A stretch of DNA of 63,860 nt, filler included, from Octopus bimaculoides (lineage: Eukaryota): NCBI RefSeq assembly GCF_001194135.2. It is 7 parts of 6 records of this genome, joined end to end, with 100 filler letters (N's around TTAATTAATTAA, not from the genome) between each part and the next. Parts side by side here need not be neighbours in the genome. Positions count along the whole stretch, not along the records: positions 1 to 9,410 come from NC_069008.1; positions 9,511 to 32,272 come from NC_068985.1; 5 more parts are not named here. One strand, 5' to 3'. The position numbers and the translations under genes were made by a program. Below are positions 1 through 11,790 of this stretch, in pieces; position 1 is the stretch's first letter, and each line of letters begins with the position of its first letter. Below the pieces are notes generated by a model, which saw nothing but the letters and a program-made list of their open reading frames with translations, ran no database searches and was not told the DNA's origin.

Positions 1-2
1 GT

Positions 3-863
3 TATACTCATACAGGAAAGAAGCCGTTTCGTTGTGATATTTGTGGTAAATCATTCACTACTAATAGTTACTTAAATGTACACGGATGTATTCATACAGG
101 AAAGAAGCCATATCATTGTGGTATTTGTGGTAAACCATGCTCCAATAAGAGTTACTTAACTGTACACAGACGTATTCATACAGGAGAGACACCATATCAT
201 TGTGATATTTGTGGTAAATCATGCTCTAATAATAGTGCCTTAACATCACACAGACGTATTCATTCGGGAGAGAAACCATATCATTGTGATATTTGTGGTA
301 AATCATGCTCTAATAATAGTGCCTTAACATCACACAGACGTATTCATACAGGAGAGAAACCATATCATTGTGATATCTGCAGCGAATCATTCTCTCATAA
401 TTATCACTTAACTACGCATAAACGTATTCATACGGGAGAGAAACCATATCACTGTGATATCTGCGGTAAATCATTCTCTGTTAGTAGCACCTTGACTACG
501 CATAAACGTATTCATACAGGAGAGAAGCCATATCACTGCGATATCTGCGGTGAATCATTCTCTCATAATTGTACCTTAACTACGCATAAACGTATTCATA
601 CAGGAGAGAAACCATATCACTGTGATATCTGTGGTAAATTATTTTCTGATAATAGTGTATTAACTAAGCACAAACGTATTCATACAGGAGAGAAACCATA
701 TCATTGTGATATCTGTGGTGAATCATTCTCTTGTAGTAATACCCTAACTATACATAAACGTATTCATACAGGAGAGACTCCATATCATTGTGATATCTGT
801 GGTGAATCTTTCTCTCAAAATAGTACCCTAACTATACATAAACGTATTCATACAGGAGAATAG
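3..863 (+). CDS. C2H2 zinc-finger array protein, 5'-partial; 10 fingers before an in-frame TAG
   Basis: Frame is open from nt 3 to TAG 861-863. CxxC codons recur every 84 nt (33, 117 ... 789) with HTGEKPY-type linkers and CDICGKSFS...L..H.RIH fingers. Confidence 0.92.
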   Translation, partial: YTHTGKKPFRCDICGKSFTTNSYLNVHGCIHTGKKPYHCGICGKPCSNKSYLTVHRRIHTGETPYHCDICGKSCSNNSALTSHRRIHSGEKPYHCDICGKSCSNNSALTSHRRIHTGEKPYHCDICSESFSHNYHLTTHKRIHTGEKPYHCDICGKSFSVSSTLTTHKRIHTGEKPYHCDICGESFSHNCTLTTHKRIHTGEKPYHCDICGKLFSDNSVLTKHKRIHTGEKPYHCDICGESFSCSNTLTIHKRIHTGETPYHCDICGESFSQNSTLTIHKRIHTGE

Positions 864-959
864 CCATATCACTGTGATATTTGTGGTAAATTCTTCTCTC
901 AAAATAGTAAGTTAACAAGACACAAACATATTCATGCTAAGGAGCAATGAAAAGGGTAG
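864..959 (+). pseudogene. Orphaned 11th zinc finger and tail beyond the premature stop
   Basis: In frame after the TAG: [28 protein letters not shown], then TGA 948-950 and TAG 957-959. The tail aligns with the end of the second ZNF (GGA AAA AGG TAG). Confidence 0.8.
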
Positions 960-2004
960 TTTCTTGTTTCTTATTTGCTACATTTAATTTTCTTGTGTGT
1001 TATGCAATGGAAATTATGACAAAAGTATTTCCAAAGAGTTTAGAAATTTTTGTTTTGTTTTTGCAGTTTTGATCTGCTGCTTCTTTGACCATTCATGCAT
1101 TTCCTTTCCATGGTGTAAGGACCTCTNNNNNNNNNNNNNNNNNNNNNNNNNNNNNNNNNNNNNNNNNNNNNNNNNNNNNNNNNNNNNNNNNNNNNNNNNN
1201 NNNNNNNNNNNNNNNNNNNNNNNNNNNNNNNNNNNNNNNNNNNNNNNNNNNNNNNNNNNNNNNNNNNNNNNNNNNNNNNNNNNNNNNNNNNNNNNNNNNN
1301 NNNNNNNNNNNNNNNNNNNNNNNNNNNNNNNNNNNNNNNNNNNNNNNNNNNNNNNNNNNNNNNNNNNNNNNNNNNNNNNNNNNNNNNNNNNNNNNNNNNN
1401 NNNNNNNNNNNNNNNNNNNNNNNNNNNNNNNNNNNNNNNNGCACAAGTATAGTTTAGTGACCAGACTGATTCCTTGTTAGTGTCTGAAGAATAGTTTCTT
1501 AAAATGAAACTTTGCAGAGATACATTTTCAAGCGTCCAGATTATGATTTTCATAAAATTGAGAACAAACATTTTGGAGGAGATTCGGGTTTATTTAAAAA
1601 TGCTATGTGAAAGATAATTTGGATCTATTCAATCTCAGTCACAGATTATTTTTAAATATATACTTTGAAATTTCTGATACTGGTTGAATGTGTCACGTAG
1701 AACACGGTTTACTCATAATGTTTTCGACAAAATTTTGTATTTTAGAAGTTAATTCATGTTAAATTTGTTGTATTTTGGTAATTTTAACCAATCAGTACGT
1801 GTATCCAGTTGAAGAAAGTTTCAAACTGCTTAGTTAAAAAAAATCTGTGAGTGAGATTAAATAGATCTCATAATTTATAGTAATAGTATACTTTTCTGTC
1901 TGCTGGCGCAAATCAGAGTTGTTGACTGTTTAAGTTAAAAGCCACAGCTTGATTAAGTATGTCCAGAGTCGTCCCCCTTCAGTATTTTCCATTGATGATG
2001 GCCA

Positions 2005-3165
2005 CAAAGAGCTAAAACATCAATGTCTGAGAATCCAGCAGGTGGCAGCACTGGACAGAGTTGATGTTTTTACGCAGTCCATTGTGTGTGTATGTATTTG
2101 CATATACACACATATATTTTTATATATAAAATACACCATTTTGAGCATGGCCGTTGCCAGTACCGCCTGACTGGCTTTCATGCAGGTGACACGTAAAAGC
2201 ACCCACTACACTCTCTGAGTGGTTGGCGTTAGGAAGGGCATNNNNNNNNNNTTTCATGCAGGTGACACGTAAAAGCACCCACTACACTCTCTGAGTGGTT
2301 GGCGTTAGGAAGGGCATCCAGCCGTAGAAACTCTGCCAAATCAGATTGGAGCCTGGTGCAGCCATCCGGTTTCGCTAGTCTTCAGTCAAATCGTCCAACC
2401 CATGCTAGCATGGAAAGCGGACGCTAAACGATGATGAAGTATATATTTCTATGTATATATATATACTTTATGTGTAGATATATATGTATGTGTGGATGTG
2501 AAGCATGCTAGAAGGAAAAGTGTAAACAAGGGATAACAATATTCTTAAGTATTTAATAAACCTAGAAAAACACAGGTCAAGAAGTAAGCCTTAAAGAAAA
2601 GAGCTTAAAATATTGCGTCTAAGATAAAATTTGTATTGGATGCTAATTAAATAAAATATTCAAATAAGCCAAGCCATTCAGTTTTGATCAACCATCTTTC
2701 ACCCAAGAAGTAAACCTAAAATAAAAGAAGAGCTTAAAATACAGCAGATAAATATAAAACTTAATAAAAATAATCTGATGCTTTATTATAAATTGATGTT
2801 TGGGAATCCAGCAGGTAGTAGCACTGGACAGATATGGTGTTTTTACCATAAATCTATTGTGTGTGTATTTATGTTTGTATATCTACATATGTATATGTTT
2901 GGGTATATGTAAATATGAAGTATACTAGAATGAAAAATATGAGCAAGGGATAATAATATTTTTAAGTAAACCTAAATTAAAATAAAAGAGCTTAAAATAT
3001 TGTGGCTAAAATAAAGTGTGAATGGGTTGCCAATTAAATAGAGTATTCAAATGAACCATTTGATACTGATCAGCGATCTTTCACCCAAGAAGTAAGCCTA
3101 AAATAAAATAAAAGGGCTTAAAATACAGCAGATAAATAAACAATCTGATGCTTTATCATAAATTC
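2005..3165. repeat. Old tandem duplication (about 370-470 bp unit), first copy interrupted by a SINE
   Basis: GAATCCAGCAGGTRGYAGCACTGGACAGA occurs at about 2029 and 2804. ATCTTTCACCCAAGAAGTAARCCTAAAATAAAA...GCTTAAAATACAGCAGATAAAT occurs at about 2694 and 3076. Confidence 0.7.
2148..2435 (+). mobile_element. 3' half of a SINE/LINE-tail repeat ending in (GAT)n
   Basis: GGTTGGCGTTAGGAAGGGCATCCAGC...CCATGCTAGCATGGAAAGCGGACGCTAAACGATGATGA. Diverged antisense relatives lie at about 4050-4340 and 7405-7580. Confidence 0.75.
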
Positions 3166-3207
3166 CCATGTATCAAATATAAATTGTTCTAAGATTCATT
3201 TTTATTA

Positions 3208-3400
3208 ATTAGCTCTGCCTTAATGAAGGCAGAAGTGTTGTTTGCAGTCATGTTTGTTTGTTTGTTTGTCTGTGGTCAAGATATCTCAAGAACTGCTGGA
3301 TGGGTTTAGATGAAACTTTCAGGAATGTTTGGCCTAATGACTGGCACGAACTGATTAGATTTTGGGGTTGATCTGGTACAAGTGTACTCCCACCCCCACC
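3208..3400 (+). mobile_element. Helentron-associated (HINE/DINE-1-like) non-autonomous element, partial
   Basis: Subterminal palindrome CTCTGCCT-TAATGA-AGGCAGA followed by a (GTTT)n tract and GATGAAACTTTCAGG. A related palindrome TTACCTTCGCCT-TAGCGA-AGGCGGAGGTAA lies at 11793-11828. The family assignment is inferred from architecture. Confidence 0.5.
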
Positions 3401-4757
3401 CAGCTGACTGATTGTGGTTGATTTTGTAGGCACTATACACTTATGGTAAAACCCTTCTGGTATTAAAAAAAAGTACATATTTTCAAACGAAATGGTGTGA
3501 TTCAAGGGATATTTGGCTGTTGTTTCTAGCATATCCTATGACTGATAAATTAATAAAAACCATGAATTTTTTAAAACCGTTTTTTTTTTTAGTGCCCTAA
3601 ATGACTTTAAGCTATTAATGGCAGGAAATATATTGAAAAGCATCACTACTTGTCAGAGTGAGAAAGAGGTTAGGAAAGTGGTCATGGAATATGCTAGAAA
3701 TAATAGCCAAATTCCTCTTTAATCACACCTTTCTGACTGAAAATATTTATGCTGTTTTTTTTTTTGTTTTTTTTTACTGTAAAGTCTTCTATAGTTTTTA
3801 ACTGCATAGTACTTACCCTAAAATCATCATGCGTAGTGCTCAAAAAATCGACCAAAATCAGCCCAGAGAGGGAAAGATTGGAAGGGAGGGTGTGGGGGAT
3901 TAAAAGAAAACATTTCCGAAGTAATTCTTTGTTAAAAAGATGCTCCACATCATTTCCAAGGGCAATGTGAAAAGAAATTTGAAAAATCCCCGTCAAATCG
4001 GAGAAATTCCAACTTGTTGGTGCTTCCTAACTTTGACATCTGCATATATCATTATCATCATTGTTGTTTAATGTCCACCTTCCATGCTGTCATGGGTGGG
4101 ACAGTTTAACAGAAACTTGCACCAGACTTCTGCGACTATTTTGGCAGGAGTTTTACAACCGGATGCCCTTCCTAACACTAACCTCTCAGCAGAGTGAACT
4201 TAGTGCTTTTTACGTAGCACAAGCACAGGCGAGATCAGTTTTGGCAAGGCTTTTACAGTTGGATAACCTTCCAAACACCAACAACTTTACAGTGTAGACT
4301 GGATGCTTTTCAAGTGGCACCTGCACTGACAGGGTCACCAAGTACCTTGCATGACAAATAAATCTTTTTAGAGAGTAGTGGGTATTCGAGGAGGTATCAG
4401 ATGAGATGAAAGGTTATAATGAGACAGGACCAAAATAGGTGTCTTGCTGTGGAGGAAGTACATGGTTACCCAGCCAGAGAGAGAGAGAGAGAGATCAGGA
4501 ATGAAGACAAAAACAGGTTTGCTGCAGCAAATGAGATACATAGTTACCCAATATGAGGGAAGTGTAAGGGGAGGATGAGAGAGAGGGTAGCAAAGTGCCG
4601 GGTATTCTCACAAGAGATTGGGATCAGAATATAAATGGGCTGAATAAAGGAAGAAAGAGATATAGATTGTGACAAGTGCCAGGGCATACCTTTGAGGTTT
4701 GAATGTCAATACTCGTGGCAGTATATTCTGAATGAAGCGTGATTATAGAGTATGGAG

Positions 4758-5152
4758 TGGAGGTGCAATGGCCCAGTGGCTAGGGCAGCGGACTTGCAAT
4801 CATAGGATCGCGGTTTCGATTCCCAGACCGGGCATTGTGAGTGTTTATTGAGCGAAAACACCTAAAAGCCCCATGAGGGTCTGGCAGGGGATGGTGGTGA
4901 ACCCTGCTGTACTCTTTCACCACAACTTTCTCTCACTCTTACTTCCTGTTTCTGTTGTGCCTGTAATTCAAAGGGTCAGCCTTGTCACAGTCTGTGTCAC
5001 GCTGAATATCCCCGAGAACTATGTTAAGGGTACACATGTCTGTGGAGTGCTCAGCCACTTGCACGTTAATTTCACGAGCAGGCTGTTCCGTTGATCGGAT
5101 CGACTGGAACCCTCGATGTCGTAAGCGACGGAATGCCGACAACAAAAAAAAA
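4758..5152 (+). mobile_element. Full-length tRNA-derived SINE (family A) with 13-bp TSD
   Basis: A box TGGCCCAGTGG, B box GGTTTCGATTCCC, AAC/A-rich tail. TSD ATAGAGTATGGAG at 4745-4757 and 5153-5165. Confidence 0.92.
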
Positions 5153-5781
5153 ATAGAGTATGGAGGTGGGAGGAGTGAGTGGCAAAAACCTGGGTAGATA
5201 TAGAGTGGTGAAGGTGGGGCTACCGGATAGCAATGGTACAGAGGAACAAGGCCATGAGGATAAGATTTGGGAGTGAGAGGTAGGCATAGTGTATGAAGGA
5301 GGAAACGTGAGGAAGAGATGTAGATTGGTTTGTTGGGGTAGGGTGTGCAAAAATACTTCTTGTTAGGTGTGGGTGGAACACACAGGTCAGGGACTGGCAG
5401 AGAGCAATGGTACAGTGAGACAGGGCCAAGAGGACAGGATTAGGGAAACCCTAAAACTCTAACCCTAAGTACAGAAATGTTTTGAAATTTTTGTCTGAAT
5501 CATAATCTCCATATTTTTCCGCATATTTAGAAAAAAAAAAAAAAAATTCTTAAAAAAGATTTTTACAAAAATTTTTGGAAATTTTTTTCAGAATCATGAT
5601 CTCCGTGTTTTTCCACATATTTTGCAAAAAAAAAAGTAAAAAGTGATGGAAATGAGGTGGTGAGGGAGGGGGTAATTTAAAAATGCCGACTTTTGCCAAT
5701 TTTTCTGCAGATTCGTATTTCCCTGAAAAGGTGGGGTTTGTGTCGAAAACAAAAAAATCTTTTTAAGGGTGGGGAGTCTTG

Positions 5782-6141
5782 CCACACGCCGGGCGAAATA
5801 CTTAACGGTATTTCGTTTGCCGTTACGTTCTGAGTTCAAATTCCGCCGAGGTCAACTTAGCCTTTCATCCTTTCGCCGTCGATTAAATAAGTACCAGTTA
5901 TGCACTGGAGTCGACACAATCGACTTAATCCCTTTGTCTGTCCTTCTTTGTCCCCTCAATTGCCCTGTGGGCAATAAAGAAATAAATATATTCATGCGGG
6001 TCAAATTCCGCTGAGGTCTACTTTGCCTTTCATCCTCTCAGGATCGATAAATTAAGTACCAGTTGCGTACGTACTGAGGTCGATCTAATCGACCGTCCAC
6101 TCCCCCAAAATTTCGGATCTTGTACCTAGAATACAAAAGAA
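5782..6141 (+). mobile_element. Two adjacent family-B SINE copies (one near full-length, one 5'-truncated)
   Basis: GTTCTGAGTTCAAATTCCGCCGAGGTC...GCCTTTCATCCT core appears twice, each with a different tail. Matches copies at 26451, 28371 and 40307. Confidence 0.8.
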
Positions 6142-6463
6142 TATACTCGTACGTGAAGAGTTAATTAGACTTAGTTACTTTCGATATTGAGGAGCGGAGA
6201 TACGCATGCGCATCGACAATACTACTTTGATGTCCTGTTAAGTTCTCTGTGAATGAATTTTTCTCTTAGCTGATCTATAATAGTTATAATGCATTTCTCA
6301 ACTGCCAGATACACTCATATATAACAACTCTATCCTTTGTGAAACATTTCCGTAAGTATTAAACAATGAAAATATTCGATGTTATTAATTCTGTAGACGT
6401 TCGGTTTTTGACATGTCGATTGTTTGTCTCTCTTCTATGGTTTATGAACGAGTAAATGTCCTT

Positions 6464-6606
6464 GATTTGTGCTGGATTTGGCTGCTATTTCTAACTTTGG
6501 AAGACAGATGTCTATGATTTGTGCTTGATTTGGCTGTTTCTAGCTATGGAAGAGACGTGTCTTAGTTGTGTGGGCTTTGGCTGCTATTTCTTGCTGTGGA
6601 AGCTAC
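6464..6606. repeat. Three degenerate tandem units of about 50 bp
   Basis: Repeating GATTTGTGCT.GATTTGGCTGCTATTTCTA.CT.TGGAAGA motif. Confidence 0.6.
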
Positions 6607-8278
6607 TTTCTACACTCCCCACTGTTGACACGTTCGTTGTCTTTCATTCATTTAAGAAATATTCTGATATACACTGAAATGTTCAGAAACCAATACTCTT
6701 TTTATAATTTATCGAATGTTTGTTTCTTTGTATAACTACCGATGTGTGCCCATTCTACTAGCAATTTGTTTCCTCATAACTTTCTACAAAATGGATAATA
6801 TTGAATAGAATTGCCTAAAAGTACGTTTCAGATGATGTAGATCCCTTATCTACATCGTAATCTTTGTATTTTTCTACGGATTTCGCGAAAAAGAATTTCC
6901 GGAAAAAGTTTAAAATGAAAAGAAATTTTGAAAATGCGGTTTTTGAAAAAAATCTTTTTTTTTTCAGAATCGGATACTCCGTAACCAAGAACGTGGGATT
7001 CCGTTAAAAAAATCAATTCTCATTGTAGGTCCTGTCACTCTTCATGTGATCACATGACCTACTAGAAATAACAGCACATTTCCCTTAAATTTCTCCTACG
7101 AGTCATGAATATTGAAGACTGTTTTGGACGATGTAGCCGTACATGTACATTATAGTAACAGACAGGATGTTCACAGATGGGATGTCTATAATCACATCTC
7201 TGCTCCGTCAGAGTTGACCTGGACTAAATAGCAATGTCGAGTTTTATTTCTGGAGAAAGACTGATATTAGTGTCCACTATTCTGTAGTTTTATTTTAAAA
7301 CTGTTACACAATGGGAAGAAGTCATTGTAGTTTATAAATATGTAAGCTTCACACAAGATTCTGTTGTGTAAATTTTGATAGATTAGGATGTTCGGTTCAT
7401 CATTATCATCTTATAATGTCTGTTGTCCATTCTGGCATGGGTTGGGTCGTTTGACCAGTGCTGAGAAGCTGCAGCAGACATCAGTCACATTTGTCGTTAC
7501 TGGATGCCATTCCTAGTGCCGACCACTTCACAATGTGCAAGGTGTTTTTATGTGGCACTGCACGGGCACTTTTATGACGAATGGCCATAAGTGCTTTTNN
7601 NNNNNNNNNNNNNNNNNNNNNNNNNNNNNNNNNNNNNNNNNNNNNNNNNNNNNNNNNNNNNNNNNNNNNNNNNNNNNNNNNNCATCCCATGTCCTTCTGG
7701 GTGTCCCACTACCACATGTTCAATACACTTTCAGAGATCGGCACTTCTTTAATGAGCTGTTGGCATCCTGTTGAATTCTTAAGTTAAATGTTTATTTCTA
7801 CAGTTTATCTCAGTAGAAATGAATCTGTATGTTTTAAGTAGCCTCTACATCTTACACTGTTGTTTCTCTATAATTTCAGAACATCAGATGACATTGACAT
7901 AACAGGAGAAACGTCCTCAATATCTACCATGTTTTAAAGACTAAAGGAAAATATATGAAACAGATGTATCAGATTGTTTCTACAAATCTGTGATAGAATT
8001 CCTGTGAAATATTTGCTCTGAAATAATAATATTAGCCAAATTTATGAACATCCCTGACTGGAGTGTCAAGAAGAGGAGCCTGTGAACTGATTAAAGTTGG
8101 ATAAATTTATGTAAGTTTTGCTAAAGAAAGGTAACACTGGACAGAAATAGAGCTGTAGAAGTGTTTGTAAGAAATAAATAACAAAAAGAAGGAAAACGTA
8201 TAAAGTGGGATTTGAGAGGAAAAGTAATAGAAGAGAATGAGAAAACTATAGAATTGATTTCCTCTGAAGACATCGTAA

Positions 8279-9312
<1,034 letters not shown>

Positions 9313-9410
9313 TTCCTGTAGTTTCCTGTTTGCTATATAGTATCCTTAAGAGGTTGCATACCAAGTTTCAATATAATTGACTAATATCTCAAGGTTCTGA
9401 ATTGACTATA

Positions 9411-9510
9411 NNNNNNNNNNNNNNNNNNNNNNNNNNNNNNNNNNNNNNNNNNNNTTAATTAATTAANNNNNNNNNNNNNNNNNNNNNNNNNNNNNNNNNN
9501 NNNNNNNNNN
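9411..9510. other. Artificial contig/scaffold spacer
   Basis: N44-TTAATTAATTAA-N44 is exactly 100 bp, with stops in all six frames. Confidence 0.97.
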
Positions 9511-9731
9511 AAGACGCCATCGTCTCAAAAAAAATGGCTAGAAAGCCGAAATTGTTTTTTATATCCTGGAAATGTGCCACACAGGGCAGATTTCCGTCGC
9601 AAAAAACTTGCACCAGAGAGTCTACAAGTTGTTATACAACTTTGTATATAAAATAAGCTTTACAAACACACTTTTTAAAACATGAAAAAGGCAAAACTTA
9701 CGGAGCCGACACGTCTACCGTCCGTCCATAG

Positions 9732-9772
<41 letters not shown>

Positions 9773-9881
9773 TGCAAATTGCAGAAAACAGCTAACAGGT
9801 GAGAAGTGTACTTCTTGACTACTGGCACAACTTAGTGTAGCACTCAAATCTCGTTAATACAATATCACTATTATTATTATA

Positions 9882-10185
9882 GGAGGCGCCATGGCCCAGT
9901 GATTAGGGCAGTGGACTCGCGGTCGGAGGATCGCGGTTTCGGTTCCCAGACTGGGTGTTGTGTGTGTTTATTGAGCGAAAACACCTAAAGCTCCAAGAGG
10001 TTCCGGCAGGGGGTGGTGGCGATCCCTGTTGTACGCTTTCGCCACAAATTTCTCTCACTCTTTCTTCCTGTTTCTTGAGTAAAAAGCTGCGATGGACTGG
10101 CGTCCCGTCCAATTAGAGGGGAACACATAGGCCATGGAAACCGGGAAACCGGCCCTATGCCCCACAAGGGGGCTAAAGAGGATTT
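9882..10185 (+). mobile_element. tRNA-derived SINE: family-A 5' module with an alternative tail
   Basis: Head and body match the 4758 copy up to TTCCTGTTTCT, then GCTGCGATGGACTGGCGTCCCGTCC...GGAAACCGGGAAACCGGCCCTATG. The same tail fragment lies at 11096-11170. Confidence 0.85.
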
Positions 10186-11199
10186 CTAATTATCATTATT
10201 AGAACACAGCAAATGGTGGAATCGTAAGCCCATCGGCCAAAAAAAACGAGACGCATTTCTTCAAATTCTGTCGAGGCTTGCTTTTTCTTTCGTCATTTCG
10301 AAGCGGATAAAATAAGTACCAGNNNNNNNNNNNNNNNNNNNNNNNNNNNNNNNNNNNNNNNNNNNNNNNNNNNNNNNNNNNNNNNNNNNNNNNNNNNNNN
10401 NNNNNNNNNNNNNNNNNNNNNNNNNNNNNNNNNNNNNNNNNNNNNNNNNNNNNNNNNNNNNNNNNNNNNNNNNNNNNNNNNNNNNNNNNNNNNNNNNNNN
10501 NNNNNNNNNNNNNNNNNNNNNNNNNNNNNNNNNNNNNNNNNNNNNNNNNNNNNNNNNNNNNNNNNNNNNNNNNNNNNNNNNNNNNNNNNNNNNNNNNNNN
10601 NNNNNNNNNNNNNNNNNNNNNNNNNNNNNNNNNNNNNNNNNNNNNNNNNNNNNNNNNNNNNNNNNNNNNNNNNNNNNNNNNNNNNNNNNNNNNNNNNNNN
10701 NNNNNNNNNNNNNNNNNNNNNNNNNNNNNNNNNNNNNNNNNNNNNNNNNNNNNNNNNNNNNNNNNNNNNNNNNNNNNNNNNNNNNNNNNNNNNNNNNNNN
10801 NNNNNNNNNNNNNNNNNNNNNNNNNNNNNNNNNNNNNNNNNNNNNNNNNNNNNNNNNNNNNNNNNNNNNNNNNNNNNNNNNNNNNNNNNNNNNNNNNNNN
10901 NNNNNNNNNNNNNNNNNNNNNNNNNNNNNNNNNNNNNNNNNNNNNNNNNNNNNNNNNNNNNNNNNNNNNNNNNNNNNNNNNNNNNNNNNNNNNNNNNNNN
11001 NNNNNNNNNNNNNNNNNNNNNNNNNNNNNNNNNNNNNNNNNNNNNNNNNNNNNNNNNNNNNNNNNNNNNNNNNNNNNNNNNNNNNNNNNNNNNNNGGGGG
11101 GGGGGGGGCAGACACCATAGAAACCGGGAAACCGAGCCTATGAGCCTGGCTAGGCTTTAAAAAGGGCGCATAAAAAGACTATTACAATTAAAAGGCAAC

Positions 11200-11790
11200 A
11201 AGCTGGCAGAATCGCTTGCCTGATGGACAAAATGCTGAGCAGCATTGTTTTTGCTGCTCTGCGTCCTGAGTTCAAATATCGCCGTGGTCAACTTAGCCAT
11301 CCTTAAAGGACAACACAAGTCAAGTACAATGGTTCTCCTGAAGCCTACTGGCCTTGTGCTAAATTGGAATGAATCATTATTATTATTAAAATGCAGCAAG
11401 CTATCAGAATCGTTAGCTTACTGGAAAAAAAGCTTAGTCACTTTTTTCTGTCTTAAGCTCTGAGTTCACATCCTGCCGAGGTTAACTTTGCCTTTCGTCC
11501 CTCTGGGGTCGATAGAATAAATTGCAAGTAAAATACTGGGATAAGACGTAACTGATTTATCTCTCTCCTTCGCATTTTACATTTTGAGCTTATTGTAGAA
11601 AGAATTCGGGCAAAACGATTAGCAGCACTTCGTCTGTCTTTATGTTCTGAGTTCAAATTCCACCAACGTTCACCTTGCCTTTCACTCTTTAGGGGGTCTA
11701 TAAAATAAGTATAAGCTGAAGACTGGAATTGATGCAATCGACCTACCCTCTCTCCTAAAACTGCTGCCCTTGTGCCAACATTTGAAATCA
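11200..11790 (+). mobile_element. Cluster of three diverged family-B SINE copies
   Basis: Three successive CTGAGTTCA(A/C)A..C...GT(C/T)(A)AC.T(T)GCC cores at about 11265, 11460 and 11646. Confidence 0.7.

Noticed and set aside
33-940. Regular 84-bp repeats resembling a CRISPR or satellite array
   Set aside because: They are fully explained as C2H2 finger-coding units.
2176-2317. 66-bp direct repeat flanking a 10-N gap
   Set aside because: Identical sequence on both sides of a placeholder gap indicates an unmerged contig overlap, not a real duplication.
4758-4835. tRNA-like sequences with A and B boxes
   Set aside because: They are SINE heads attached to bodies, tails and TSDs; no stand-alone tRNA gene is supported.
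9455-9466. Recurrent TTAATTAATTAA palindrome (six times)
   Set aside because: It is always centred in N44...N44, so it is an assembly linker and not a biological motif or CRISPR-like repeat.
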